64,000 bases of DNA from Lingula anatina (taxonomy: Eukaryota; Animalia; Brachiopoda), in the NCBI GenBank assembly GCA_051362555.1, contig CM120642.1, forward strand, positions 30,008,001-30,072,000, given 5' to 3'. Shown in pieces: positions 13,699 to 28,115 of this stretch. Numbering within the stretch: the first letter of the stretch is position 1; each line of letters opens with the position of its first letter. The notes under the pieces were generated by a model. It was not told the DNA's origin and did not search any database. It saw nothing but the letters and a program-made list of their open reading frames with translations. A program made the position numbers and the translations under genes.

Positions 13699-16451
13699 AA
13701 ACAACTTAACGCATTCGAAAACAAACGCTGCTTTTAAACCCAGAACTGACAATGCTCATGGTTGAGAAACGTCCGCGAAAAGGAACGAAGGGATCTTTTG
13801 CGACAGCGCGGTCGCATTAAGTCACATTAATGATTTCCGTAGGGAACTGAAAGGAAACTTCTCGCTTATCTATGCACATTCTTAACCACGTATACAGCAT
13901 GTATCATCTTGCTTTTGAAAACTTTGTGGAACGCTCGACTGAATTTATCTAAGAGCGGTTTTCGTTATTCATCTGCTTATCTGAACAGGTATCGAACAAA
14001 ACATCGTTGTTATACCTACCTACAAACTAAACATCGGTGGAGATCTCACTCATTAACTTTGTAGATGTGTGTATTACAGTCGATTAAGTGGAGGCTTAAG
14101 TGGTATCTTGACCCTCAGCCGTGCATTAACAACTTGCGTAGAGCTGGTCAAGTGTACACGCGCCTAGCATTCGTGTTCGAGTGGGTTTTGGACACCGTCC
14201 AGCTGCTTTTCAAAGTTGCGTCACCAAGCCAAGAATCAAGTAGGTCTTCAAAGTGGACCATACATCAAAAACAGCTCATATCCTTCATAACGATATGCCA
14301 CCGGACGCGTCTCGCATGGTTGGCGCCAATATGGGTTTTTGAAGCAGCACTAAGTGCTCTTCAGTCGATATATGCCACCCCCAGTAAAAGCTCATGACGT
14401 ACCGTATGGCGTAGTGCACGTGAGAACCTACCAACGGACTGTTTTGGGTCGATGCGGTGGAAAGAAAGGTGGGGCTAGACAACGGTGTGAGCTTTCAGGA
14501 ATATTGTTTCAAAGTGAAAGGCTAATGAACGAAAAATAATGTTCTCGTCCATGCATGCTTCGGGTGTCAATTTATTGGATCTGTTTGTTCAGCTTACCTG
14601 ATAAACCTGTCACGGTACACACCACCTATAGTTATGGAATATTTATTGATTGATTGATTTACTTATTTATTTATAATTATAGTGTTTTATCGGTCCCATA
14701 TTTCATCAATTATAAGGAATTATTCTTTCAGTACCGACAGTAAACTTGGCCGTGAGTGAAGAAGCATTTGCCGTGAGCTTGTGCCCGGGTTAACGCCTTC
14801 TAAGTGTGCGAATACATAAGACGTGTGTAGAAGACACCAACATTTGCCAAAATCAATTCAAACAGATCTTCTCATGTACTGTTATTCCCACGGTGCCGCT
14901 TGCTAAGTGTACAATCCGGCTCGCTAAGTCCGTCTTCTTAGACATCGGAGTAGTTAACCGGAAATAATAATGACCAATATCTACGTCAGTTCAATATTTA
15001 ATGCTTGGGCGCTAAGCGCGCTGGCTTATTCAACGAGTCAGTGAGCGGTCAGTGAAGAAATTCAATGAAATGTAATATATACTGATTTAATTATAATGTC
15101 AGTCTGACTTCAAGGTACATATCATATCGATGGGATCGAACTAGCTGATATTTCGTGACTGCGAACATCGGATCGGACAGATGAAAAACCAGCACACCGC
15201 ATGTTTCTAACACAGTAACCTACAGGCGATAGAATAAAAACTCGCATGTCGTGACCTTTATTTTGATCAACAATTCCTATACATTCAGAAATGCAGAAAC
15301 GCACTTACACTGCCCCCCCCCCCCAAAAAAAAAAAACGTGATTCTATAATTATATATGGTTTTGCTTTCGAGTGACGATTTGCCGATCGGAGTTAATGAG
15401 TACTTTCTGGCTGCTCGGTTCCTCTGGTCTATCTCTTGTTCCAATCGTGTGGTTACGCATAATGCACGATGTGACTCAACTTCCAGATCCCTAGCACACT
15501 AAATAATTTAAAAAAATTCTTGTTCTCAAGTCTAACGCACGAAAAATGTGCAACCCTGCGATGCCCGCCACAATGTTTATATTTGTACACTGACACTGGT
15601 CTTGAAAAGTCCACTACACCAATTTCTCTTCTTTATTACGCCTAGGGGTGTCCTCTCATGGTCACCTATGCTTATATAACAACATTGTATTATCAACTCT
15701 TTCAATTTTATGAGCCAATGGGGCTATACTTAAGAAGGACACAGGGGCATTTAAAATATTTTACAAAAGGGTGTTTCATGCACTTTTGAATAAAAAGAAA
15801 GATCAAGTAGACGCTGGTTAAAAATAAATGACAGACAACAAATCGTGTAGTGAAAAAGCTAATTACACTGTGCATAGTCAAGGTGTCACAAGTCTTGCTT
15901 TCATGGCCTTGAAGACACTGGGGTCCACGTTAATAATAAAATATAACTGTGAAATAACAACTTGAGCATGAGGCTCTCTTTGTACTTCATAGATGGAGGT
16001 GTAAAGATGCGACCCGGAATTCTTTTTTCTCTTCTCTGTTGACTGTTTGTATTTTTACATTAGGTTTAAAATAAACGAATGCAATACTATTTGTTTCGTA
16101 TTCATATTTATGATTAAGAGTTATTCATATATACACGTTTAAAGCAATGACTGGGGATTAGAAACGCTACCAAGAATGTAAGGGGGATATATGAAAAAAC
16201 ACTATCTATGTAAAACCTGATACTACTGCTACGGAGTAAACAAAAATCTTTTTTTAACCAGAGGATTTTACTTTTGAAGGACGCATGGGTGTCTTTACAA
16301 AATGCGTACCAGGCAGCTTTTAACATAAAAAAGATCAAATAAGCACGCCAAAATAAGACTCAGCAATAGCGTGTTAGGAGAGGGCTGATTTCACTGTAAC
16401 GGTTCGTAAGCGAGGAAATTTATGTTTGGCAATATATCTTTGCTCCCCTAT

Positions 16452-16619
16452 CAGGCCCGTAGCCAGCAATTTCAAAAGGGGGGTTCGTTTTCTGAAAAAG
16501 TGGACCTTTTAACATAAAAACGTCATGTACCTACATCAAATTTTACCCAGAGTGGACCTTTTCCCAGCAAAAGGGACGGTTCTTTCGAACCCTCCGAACC
16601 CCCCCTGGCTACGGGCCTG
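16452..16619. mobile_element. hAT-like MITE with a 5-bp TSD
   Basis: Perfect 15-bp TIRs CAGGCCCGTAGCCAG and CTGGCTACGGGCCTG, with direct repeat CCTAT at 16447-16451 and 16620-16624. AGTGGACCTTTT is repeated internally. Confidence 0.8.
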
Positions 16620-19606
16620 CCTATAGTCTATAAAGTAGAAATTAAGTAGAAGGGAACGAGCTGGTAACATTCGCAATGTTTTTGCAGCAGATTTGAAGCA
16701 GGTTAGAGATGCCGTGAATATGAGCAGAACAAAAGAAACGAACCTACAGGCTGCTGTTTTCCTACTTCGCTACGACGCATATATATAAAGTAGAAGGCTG
16801 CTCCTTTAACGCACGCAACTTCGAAACTGCTGCACTTAAAGTAGAAATGTGGTTATGCGGTGAAGCGTTATGCTTCAATTTCTACTGATATTTTGTGAAG
16901 CATGATTACAGTAGAATGCCACTTCTGGGGAGTATACACCTCATTCATACCTTAAATCGGGGCAGACTTGAGGTATGGTTTCAGTGTGATTGCAGTAGTT
17001 CTACAACAACAGTTAAAGAAAATATATTTCTGATAACAAGAGCCAATAATCATACATTTTATAGTTAAATAAAGAAACAAAAAAAATAACCATTTTTTTT
17101 TTTTAATTAGAAGAGAGGCCTTGTGAAAGGAAAGATGGGTGTGTCCAAGAACCCTCCTATAGGACCATGTTAATACCAACAGAGCCATTTCTACAACTTG
17201 GACAGGAACACACCAAACCCGTTAGTGGACGAATTTCCAATAAACCCCACCACAGAACCAGCAAAATATTCTATACATTTTTGTATGCTAAATCAAACGT
17301 CTGTCTTAAAATGTTGTATATTTTTAACCCAGGGCTACTGTTCCACACTCAAGCAAGCTCCCGATGAATTAACTGTAGAGGCTGGTGCGGTGTCGGTGAC
17401 ACCACCGGGTAGTAGTAGTAGATTAAGATGATGATGGCGATAGTAGCTCCTACTAAGAGTGACAATGATGCATCGCAGGTGTCATTTGCCTCGACGCTTT
17501 CTTTTCTAAGTAACGAGTTATTTAATTAAAGGTACCGCGATGTTTTGTTTATCGCCATTACATTACGATACGATCCCCATTACGTTTATTAACAATACGC
17601 ACATCAAAGATGGATTCGAGATTTTAATTAAGGAGGATGGATTGCTGATTAAAAAAATTGGGCAACAGTGAAAGGTGTGATGTATTGTATAACGTACTCC
17701 TTGAGTGGTAACATAATCAGAGAGACAGAGAGAGAGAGAAAGCTCACTGGGTAATATTTCTCTACCCGCAAATCTTGGTATGCAAATTAAATTTAAAAGA
17801 GTGCAAAGCATACCATTACCTCCCAAATATCCGATAGTCCAAATCCATTTTTCAATATCACTTCCTACTTCCCACTAATTATGTACAAAATCAACACATC
17901 TAATAAGTGTTCTGCAGACAGGCAAGATCCATGGATCCTTTTATTAACGTCGACGTCTTGTTTTATATGAGCTGATAGTTAGGAGGTTTTTGCATATAAG
18001 GTTTGCATATAACAGAGACGCCTCACTTACTTTTTTCTTAGGTCGATAAGCTGCGGTTTTTCCCAACTGAAAGGAACAGAAATAAACCTGATAGTGTGCT
18101 TTCTTTTTCAAAAACGTCATTGCTGTCCAAGAAAAGTTCTTAGTTTGAAAATGGTGAGTAAAGACTGTAATGCGTCGGTAGCTCTTTCTTACACGCCGTC
18201 CTGCGCTTTTTCACGTTTTCCGAAATTTTGGATTCAGTCCGTGTTCGGTACCAAAAGGGAAAATAAGCTTATGGCTGACATGAGACCCTAAGATACACCT
18301 TTAAAATTCTTCCAACTGTACCACTTTTTAAAAATGTGTGTCTTCGAAACGGAGTAAATTACTTCATTCTTTGAATTCGAGGATCTCCCGATTCTATAGG
18401 ATTGCCCCTATATATAAATTGAATGGACCGTCGGATGAACTCTTTGGTAATCCTCCAGTTTTATCTGAATTGAAAATGCGTAACGACGAAAAACGTCTGA
18501 ATTAAAAAGATTGTAAGAGCAAGGCATACTTCTGCATCATCTGTATGGTATATGGAATGTTGCAGATACCAGGGCCATTTTCATATGAAGCTTTGCTTCG
18601 AACTCATTCCCTAAGCTACGGTAGCCATTAGTTACGTCAACATGTCTTTGTCGTATTTGTCGTCAAACTTGGCTTGAGGACAGAAAGCCAAGGCGGTTCT
18701 TGGGAATTTGTGCCCTCATGAGTATTTCTTCTGTCCTTTCAGATAGTTTTCAATAGGTTTAAAAAGCCCGTTACATGCTTTTCCAATTACGATATTACTA
18801 GCTTAGCTTAACAATGGCATTTTAGTGGAGTGAAATCGAATGTGAAGAATACATCCAGCCGTTCACTTAACCTTATCCAATGTTTACATGTTTTTCACTG
18901 AATTGTGGAATTTGGTTTAGTAGTACTCCATAGCTTTAGGCCGGTGGTTGAAAAGCAGAGAAAATCCGTTAAAGATACCGAAAAATAAAGTAATGTAATT
19001 TGCTTTCTGAATGAAAGACAATTAAAATAAGGTATAGCTTGCGGTACGTGGATTAACACATACACAAACACACACACACACACACACACACACTCATACA
19101 CACACACGCTCTCTTCAGTTGAGTCTGATGTCAAATCATAATTAATAATTGTGGCATTACTCCCTACGCCCTCGTGTAGGGTTTAATCAATCATTAAGAC
19201 ATGAAATGTTGGATAAATGTTCGGTTATCTTAGCCACGAGGCACCATAGCAGCAACAGAGCAATGTCTCCACGGACCCGAGTGAATGATGTTCAGGACAA
19301 AGCTGTCGATAGTTGTACTTCTAATTGAGTTGAAATTGTTGTTTTCGAGGAATTTAGGATCATTCGAGTATTAAAATACCCGATGAACGACAGATAGTAA
19401 AAAGACGTAAAATGGCCAGTGCGAAAAGAAAAAAGGTTTTGGAATAATTACACATTTTGGAATTTTTACAAATATTGTCGTATGCAGCTGAAGCGATAAA
19501 TTAATAAATCAAAGAATTAAAGTTTGAATATGAAAGAACTAAAAATGACAAAAATCCCAATGCGTCTTTATATATGATATTTAAATATATTCTCTGTTTA
19601 ACATAC

Positions 19607-19749
19607 CTCAGATAATGCAACAATCTCCTAAAAGTTCCAAATATTTCTTTTGAATCTGATCGTTCCCGAGTGTTCAACCGTCCAGAGAAAGCATTATATC
19701 CATGACGTTCACCTTGCAGAGGGCTATTTATGCTCTGCCTCGAAATCTC
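19607..19749 (-). other. Candidate 5'-UTR exon of the Cys-loop channel gene
   Basis: 143 nt bounded by tttttcag|GAG and CTGAG|gtatgt on the minus strand. The ATG-containing exon has an acceptor 14 nt before the ATG (12472), so an upstream exon is likely. Confidence 0.4.
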
Positions 19750-21126
19750 CTGAAAAATAAACAGGTTATATACATGTAGAAGATACATTTATTTATTTAT
19801 GAAAAATATGCATTTTGGAAAATAATGTTAATCTTGACATATGTTACATTCCAACCAGAGAAAAACAAAACTTCCTAGAGGTAACTTGAAAATATACCTC
19901 AAACTCAACACTCCTTTGCAATAAATGATATTATATTCAAGAGATCAAATGCTCATTTGCTAAACACAGTTTTTATGCAGCAAAAAGAAGCTGCGCTTGG
20001 TTATATTCATGTGACATCAGCCCAGCACGTCCAGAAATAACTAAATTCTCCTGCACTATTGTGACTATTTAATTACTGGTAATGCTAGAATGCAAAGACC
20101 CTTCAGTCCGCAACTGTGATATCTTTTCTTGGTGATCCACTGCATTAAGTAGCTCTTCATAAAGAACTCCTTAAAGCAGGCACTCCGCTGTGGTTATATA
20201 TCTTCACGGCGAGCAGTTTCTCAACAGCACATGCGCGATAAATGCACCAAGAATATGATTTGTTTGAGTCCTGCTTCTTCAAGGATGGTGAATTCAATTT
20301 AAGCACCGTGTAAAAACGTCCCCGATCGATGGATCCCTTCGAGCCACGCGCAGCTTTTTAATGGCGACGGTAGCTGGTTAAGTGTAAGGTCGGTGATCGC
20401 GTAGTGTAGAACTATGATAAGAGAGCAATTGTGTTACGTGGTCTTACCTCAGACACGCAACAGACGTGAGTATATGATTTTTCTTCACGGCAAGGTCAGC
20501 TTCATTTCCACAGATACCAGAGTCATTACTGCAACTTTATAAAGACCGATATTTTAGTAATATTACATAATTCAGAAAACTTCTAACCAATTACTGGCAC
20601 ACACTAACCGCAGAATTTGATATACCAGCAACACAAATGAAACAATATTTCATTCCCCGAGTTTGAATGCTGCTTACCTTATACCGGACGCAGAGGCAAA
20701 AAAAAATCGACTAAAATCTCTATGCGCGACAGAACAAATCTGTTGCTCCCTGTCAAAGCTACCGCAGTCAGCAAATGTCTACATAATCACTAATTGGTAT
20801 CCTATTATGGCTGTGCCCTAGCTGCGTTGGGTATTAGTAAGCCATGCGTGCATGTTAAGCCTATGCCCGGTCATCAGCGTCAATATTTACTTCAGAAACA
20901 AATCGATCGCATAATTAACCGCGACAAGAATTAGCAAATATGAGCAGAGCGTCTTCTCTTGATAGAGCCATTACAATCAAATAACATCCGCATGGGTTGA
21001 GTAATAGTCAGTCGATGGGGATTAGGCTTAAAAGAACATTGCACAGCAGGTAGTACACAAGACTGCTTCTAGAAGAATACTGGAGAAATGGTCAATTAAG
21101 GCTTTTCTTAAAGAATCAATGGTCTG

Positions 21127-21177
<51 letters not shown>

Positions 21178-22246
21178 AAGAGAGAGAAGGGGAATGAGAA
21201 ACTCAAATACACAAAAGTATTTTACATCCTTCTGGAGATCGCTGGAGGACATATTCGTTTGGCATTGGTTTTGTTTGGTTTTGTTGGAAAAAATTAAAAT
21301 GATTTTATCTCAAAACAAATTGGATGATGTGATGTTATGATGGAACTAGAACATAATCAACGTCACTGTGTTTGTATCAGACTCTCTTTAAAAGCTGAAA
21401 TTCATCGAGCTTGATACACAAAAACGTGGTCTCTGAGTTACACTTCGTAATACGTTAAGTCATATGTGATCAATTTATCAAAGATCGATGAACGGAGTTC
21501 ATAAATTGGTCAAATATCGTAATAACATATCAATGGACAGTCATCAATTGCGACCAATAGAAGTAAATCCGATTATATGTTTATTCTTAGAACCGTGCCT
21601 TCTGTTAGATTTCAATACAAGACAATACAACCTGACTGGCGGTATTTTGCATGTCTAAGTGGTCGCCTGCTGCAAAACAGTTTTGAACCATTGTATTCGT
21701 ATCCGATCACTATCTAGAGGTAAACATAACATTGGCCGTTCTTGGGTACAAATGGCGCACAACTTGTACTTAATATGCCATTTAAAACCCAAGTGGCAAC
21801 CCCATCTGGTTACGTTTTGCGACCCCCTCCTCTGTTAAGTTAAATGCTCAATCTCCGATCATAATCTTATTTTGTCTAGAGAGTGATTGCATGGAAGAAA
21901 GTCCACGGTTCCCCTTATGATCAAACCATTTGGGTCATTTGGTTTGTACAAACGCAACATACATGTATCCACACTAATAGCGCTGAGAGGGCGTACATTG
22001 TACACGATGCACACACGAGAGACGCTGCGTCTCATCGAGGCTGTTTGTTGAGCTCGGTACTGTTAGAGGTGACCTTACGTCATTAAGACATCAAACCTGT
22101 CATTCAAAAGGCACGTGGCTTTGATTGGTACCGCGGGGTGACAACAGAGTAATGGGGATTGTTTTTATCGAAAGATACCAATCGTACAAATTCGCGATCC
22201 TCTGAGATAAGATGTGATAATATAAGTCGTCCAATGTTGACCAGTG

Positions 22247-22510
22247 TGCCAGGAATGGTGGACCTAGGATTGGAAGTCCAGTTACCCATTTGCCAGGAAT
22301 GGTGGACCTAGGATTGGAAGTCCAGTTACCCATTTGCCAGGAATGGTGGACCTAGGATTGGAAGTCCGGTTACCCATTTGCCAGGAATGGTGGACCTAGG
22401 ATTGGAAGGCCAGTTACCCATTTGCCAGGAATGGTGGACCTAGGATTGGAAGTCCGGTTACCCATTTGCCAGGAATGGCGAACCTAGGATCGGAAGTCCG
22501 GTTACCCATT
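22247..22510. repeat. Minisatellite, 6 x 44 bp
   Basis: Unit TGCCAGGAATGGTGGACCTAGGATTGGAAGTCC(A/G)GTTACCCATT starts at 22247, 22291, 22335, 22379, 22423 and 22467. Units are head-to-tail with no spacers. Confidence 0.97.
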
Positions 22511-24193
22511 TGATTACTACAGGTTAGGATAAGTCGGGGTTTGTTTGGGACGGATGTCACCTGTACAAAGTAATGGAGAACAGACTACGGTCCCTAGAGG
22601 ACCAACATTCCTGTCATACCAGAGTTGTGATGATATAGTGTGCCTATAATGTGTCTCTGATGTGCTTCCATGTCAGACAAATAGAAAACGTGTGCGTTGG
22701 TAGAAGCTGGCGCTTTCCAATGCCAAGCACTGAATATCAAGAGAGTTCTCTGGCGTTTCTGTTGTGATGTCAGAAATCTTAAATTGAAGTTGGCACTCTC
22801 TGGTGCTATGTACTCTTTTGAAATTCTAATTTGATTGATGTGCTTCGTTCTCTTCTTCGACTAAGACTTTCTGAGGTGTCTCTATTCGTCCATGGATTAA
22901 CATATTTGTTGAGTGTTTGTCTTTCCAGTTATGTTCAGATTATTCAGTAAAATGACAGTGAAATATGAGCTATCAAATCACAGAAGAGGTTTAATACATC
23001 CGAAAAAGTAAATGTGCATTTATGTCCTTATTTCAAAATACTTTAATCAATCACGAACTAATTTGAACATTAATTTTTCATTATCCTTCCATCTGAAACT
23101 CATCCGTAGCAGAGGTCATGTCCTAGATCAGTTGACCGTACAGTTAGGAGATGGGAGGACAGGAATCCACAGTCGCGTTCATGAGCGTTTTAACTAGAAT
23201 CGTTTTACATTACATCCAAACATTACAGTAGATGTTATGTGTGCAAGCCGGGTCAATCTAGGGAGCTTCTACTAATAACCCAATCACACCCCGGCCCCTC
23301 GCGCTGGCCTATTGCTTCTAGACAGGCACCAACAAACGCTTCTAGCACCTGTTCTGACGGCAGACGCTGCAAGCTGTTTTAAGACAAAAAAGTATTTGAA
23401 ATATAACGAAGATGGCCATTTAAAGTTAACACAATGCACTTGATAAAATGCACATTTTCCTCACGGAAAGCATACAATTTCAGAAAAATTTCAGAAAAGA
23501 TACCTTACCTTCGAGAATTACGCTACATGTATGAGTTGATCTGCTCTGCTCAGAATACCTACAATTTTGCTAGTTTTGCTTTGGATAAAAAAAGACAATG
23601 GACTTAAAGATCCAAATGCTGTTTTCCTTTATATAACTGTACCCAATGCTGACCAATTATAAATTCTTACTTATGTAATGAACTAGTCCCACAGTACCAA
23701 AGAAAAAAATCGATTGCGAAACGATTTAAACCCCGGAATTAAACTGAAGGCCGGTTGAGAAAAAGGTTTTGACTTCGGCCAACCTTGATAATGAAAAGGG
23801 TGGAAAAGTAAAATTAATCTTTCTCAAGGTGAATCCGAAGGGACGGCAAGGGCACGTGCTCTCATTTGATATTCCGAAAAATGTTTTCGCATGCCAACAT
23901 GCAAAGCGTTGAAGGCCGTACCGAAAGATATTCCAGTGCATTGGTTCCTGAACCAAGGCTTTCTCATTAGCGTAACCTTCTATATACACCTGTAAGGTCT
24001 TGCCTGTATTGTGCCCGCAAATTGTATGGAATGTTTTAACTGGTACCACTCCAACTGAACCGATATTGAGAGTCCAGACTGTCAGAATTCTTACCTTGTT
24101 GCAAATGTGATTTATTTGCCGACATAATGAAGAATAACGATAAGATAAATTATATTCTAATATGCGCGTTATATTCTCATTATATTCTCTGTA

Positions 24194-24224
<31 letters not shown>

Positions 24225-27200
24225 CAGAATTGGGCACCGCAGGTTAGTCGTTTCCATACTGTATCATGTAGCTTATTCATAAGTTCCATACCAATGAATA
24301 CAATTCAAAAATATTCTAAGGAACGGTAATTGGTGCCTTAATCATATATATTTATAACCTTAATGAAAAAATCTTGTCTCAGCTAACTCATTGTCCCGGC
24401 CCATACTAATACCATGGCTAGCCTTTTACTAATGTATTATGCATTCAAATTGACGAATAAAATGAACCATTTCAAATTAGTTCTACGGTGCTCCTGTGCC
24501 ATTGCATCACCTGAAGTGTTTTATGAATTAAATAAGTCAGATGTCGGTTTAGAGTCACAACACACTGTGATATGCAAGCGCCAAGGGTGCAATGAAGAGT
24601 GTGAAATACGGCAAAGGCGTTCGCTTTTGCTGCAGCTGGAATAATTCGAATTAGATTTAAGCATATAATAAATAAAACTTACCTTTATGGTTTTAAGTAT
24701 TATGTCCCTAATACCTGTGGCAAAATGTTAGAGATAGTTTTACTGAATATGTACATAGCATGGACTTATAGCAAACGACTAAACGTAACCGGATGTGCCA
24801 CACTGTATTCTCACCGTATGTCAATAAAAAAAGATGGCTTATTTCCAAATTTACATGCTGGTACATTTTGTACAAGTCTAGGTTGGAGTGGGAATTGATA
24901 ATTGTGTTACTTTGTAATAAAAAATGCACCGCTTAGGAAATTGTGTAACCTTTATTGTAAATGCATGTGCTCGGTCGTATTTTAAAGGTTTGCAGCAATG
25001 ATGCCATTTTTCATTCTTTATATGACTCGTTACGGTCTGATCCTTTACAACAATTGAAGCACGTTAAACAAAAAGAGAAGATGGGTTGTCTTATGGAAAC
25101 CATGGAAACGAATGTCTTGTTTATATTTATTATAACACGATGCGACAGATTTTTGTTCAACCAACGATAATGACATGTGCTGTCACCGTAACAGTTTGGA
25201 CTCTTTTAAGCCAATGAGTATGAAGATGTTTTGATAGCAAAATCCTGTGTTGAACCCAGAGGATTCCTAGGTACTCTCCACCCAGCACGTAAAGGTGATT
25301 CTGGGAAAGAGAATCAGAAAATATATGATTACTTTTCAGTCGGCTGTATTCGTACAATAGGGGACTATGTGTTCAGAATTGCTCGGCCAAAGGCTTTGGA
25401 GAACAATGCCCAGTTTGATGTCGTAAAATTGATTGATTGTAGACATTATTGGTGCAGACATTCTGAAAGGGCCCGCAGAGCAACAGCTTGGATATTAGTC
25501 TACTCAGCAACAAGTTCCATCCATGTTGCTTCCCTATAATTGGCCTACCTATGACACTTCATATATGTACGCTTATTTAAATGACCATATACTGTACGTT
25601 TATTAAATTGACCAAATCCAAGTTTATTGTCATAAAGCCAATGGTAATGCAGTACCGCCTGCTGTGTCTGTCCGTTGTTTCACAGGGTCAACTTATCCTG
25701 CAAAAATGCTAAGTGCTGTTTAAGGGATGACAACTCTTTGTTTTGGCGGGAAAAGTTCCGTAAAACGGATTTTCCTGAGATAAACGACATGTTCCCATAC
25801 TTACCAATGGCTCATTATGAATCTATTCCGACATACAAAGTTAGTCGATTGCTTTTTTTAAGTTCGCTTTTGTAATTATCTCTTAAGAGAATATTTCGGC
25901 GGGTAGTCATCTATGAAAGGCCACGTGGTCGATTGGCAAGCACAGATTCCAGAATAATTAAGATAAAATGCAACAGATGTGCGTACTGTATTGATATATG
26001 ACATTATAACTGTAGAATGTAGCGCCATTTGTTTTCATTGTCTCAGTAATGCAATGCACCTTTTTTGGTTTGATTACATAACGCGCTTCAATTATTATAC
26101 ATAATCGGGGCTTAATGAGGTATACAAAGAAGGAAAATGGTACCGTTGCTGAATGTCTTCAAGATATTGCTGAGCATGTGGACATGTAGTCACAATACAG
26201 GGTACACAATTTCATAAGCGGGGCATTTTCTATTACAAAATAACGCAATTATCAATTCCCACTCCGACATGGCCAACCAGTATGTCACGCTGGAAGTAAA
26301 CAATTTTTATCAATGCTGCAAAGATTGGATATTTTGGAATGTCCAGAGAAGCAAAGAATATTATAATTCCGTCTTTTATTTATATATTTAAAGCTGCTGT
26401 TATTTTCATTTGAAATACTTAATTTTTCAAAGGTGATTACCAAAAATGCAAAATTGCTGATTGGGATGACATAACATTCTTATTTATAGAACTAAGGGAT
26501 GTGATATTCTGAAACAATGCCCTGGCCAGACTTCTTACAAAGAAAGATCGGCCCATGTTTGATGTAAACGCGACTTGTGATAACGAAGATCGTCTCTAAA
26601 GCGTCCCACTACTCCAAGTTCTCCTAAATCTCGGCCACTCGCTGATTGATATTGCGTGATCCCATTAATTTGATTGAGATGAAGCGAAATTGCTTAACTC
26701 AATGCTTCGTTAAGTCCAGTTAAACGGTACCCTTGGGAATAGTAACGTTAATATACTTGAGGTTCCGACTCATTTTGAGAAGCTGTGGACTGCTGAATTT
26801 TCCCCTGAGCTCACGTTCAATAAAGTCCGGTGGAGACACGTCCCTGTCTGGAACGTAGTGAGTGTAATTAAGTCGATCCAATTGTTGAAGAATGGAATAT
26901 TCAAAAGAAAAAGGCTGATGTTATTATTTAAACTGTCACGCACTTGAGAAAATTTCCGATGGAAAACAAACCCTGCTTCCAATCAAAGATATTTATTGAG
27001 AGAGCAGAACTGCATGCGAAATTGCATAGGATCAAAATAGAAAATGGCTATTTTTGATTAAATTTATGATTTCAAAATGTTGGTAAATTGATTTCATTAG
27101 TTCGGATGGCATATAAAATAATTTGTACTGGTTCGGATGAGAAGCGATCTGATTTATGTGTAGGAAATTACATGTCCAATTTACTTAACCTTACACCAAA

Positions 27201-27980
27201 AACAAATTGACTCTTTCTTGACTGTCATTTGATCTGCTAGAAAAGAAAATCATCATTTTTTAATCAACAGCTCGTATTGAAAATATTGCCTCCAATATTT
27301 CGATGTCTATCTAGATTTAGCTATGCTTGTATAAGATTCGGTAGTCAATTTACTTAAGAGCATCATACATCAGATGTCTAGTTATTGTAAAAATAATCAC
27401 TTCGAAATTCGTCTTCGGTATCACAACATTCTAATGACCTATCTCCTACAATGATCCTCTATACATTTTGTTAAGATAATTGCCATTCATCTGCGGCTTT
27501 AATTGGATTATTCATTCATCATTTTGTGTATTATTCCATTGGAAATATAATGCATCTGAAATGTTATTTTATCGTTCAGTGTAGTATATCTAATTAAACT
27601 GCTGTCTCTCTTTTGACAGCGCTTGACCAAACACAATCTCATTGTGATACAAGATAGCAGTAGATTAATTACAGGTCTCATTGGATTCATCAATTACATG
27701 TTTTCCAGTCGCTTGGGATATGGAAACCAGTTTTTCCTATTTGTCATGGCAATATCCAAAAAGAATGAAATTTTGGTAGATGTAGGGGAGCAAAAGATTT
27801 TTCTGCCTTAAATACATTGTGGTCATTATTATAACTTTATCATTCCCGCTTTGCCCGCACATCTTTTAGCAATTAAAAATGGATTCACTGATTATCTGAC
27901 GCCATTCAATCCGACGCAGACTGTGTATTATGAGCTCAGCTACCGACGTCGCAGACATCACTTCACCTAGGCTTTAAGTA

Positions 27981-28115
27981 CTCTCTACCAGGGTAGTAGA
28001 TTTTAAGTGCATTTTTCTTTGACTACCAATGCAAACAAAAAACCGTATTATATAACTAGACACGTATCTGTGAATATCTGGTGAAAAAAACAAAATCTTT
28101 GGTCCTGGTAGAGGG
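27981..28115. mobile_element. TA-flanked MITE (Tc1/mariner-type, Stowaway-like)
   Basis: TA|CTCTCTACCAGGG...CCTGGTAGAGGG|TA. The internal TATCTGTGAATATCT motif is shared with the other copies. Confidence 0.75.

Noticed and set aside
22247-22510. CRISPR-like array
   Set aside because: Units are contiguous with no unique spacers, there are no cas genes, and the context is eukaryotic. The same applies to 38987-39118 and 35598-35861.
23726-24223. 165-aa minus-strand ORF
   Set aside because: It starts in a (GA)n microsatellite and has no recognisable motif or convincing exon boundaries. Recurrent GAAGG motifs suggest a decayed repeat that I could not classify.
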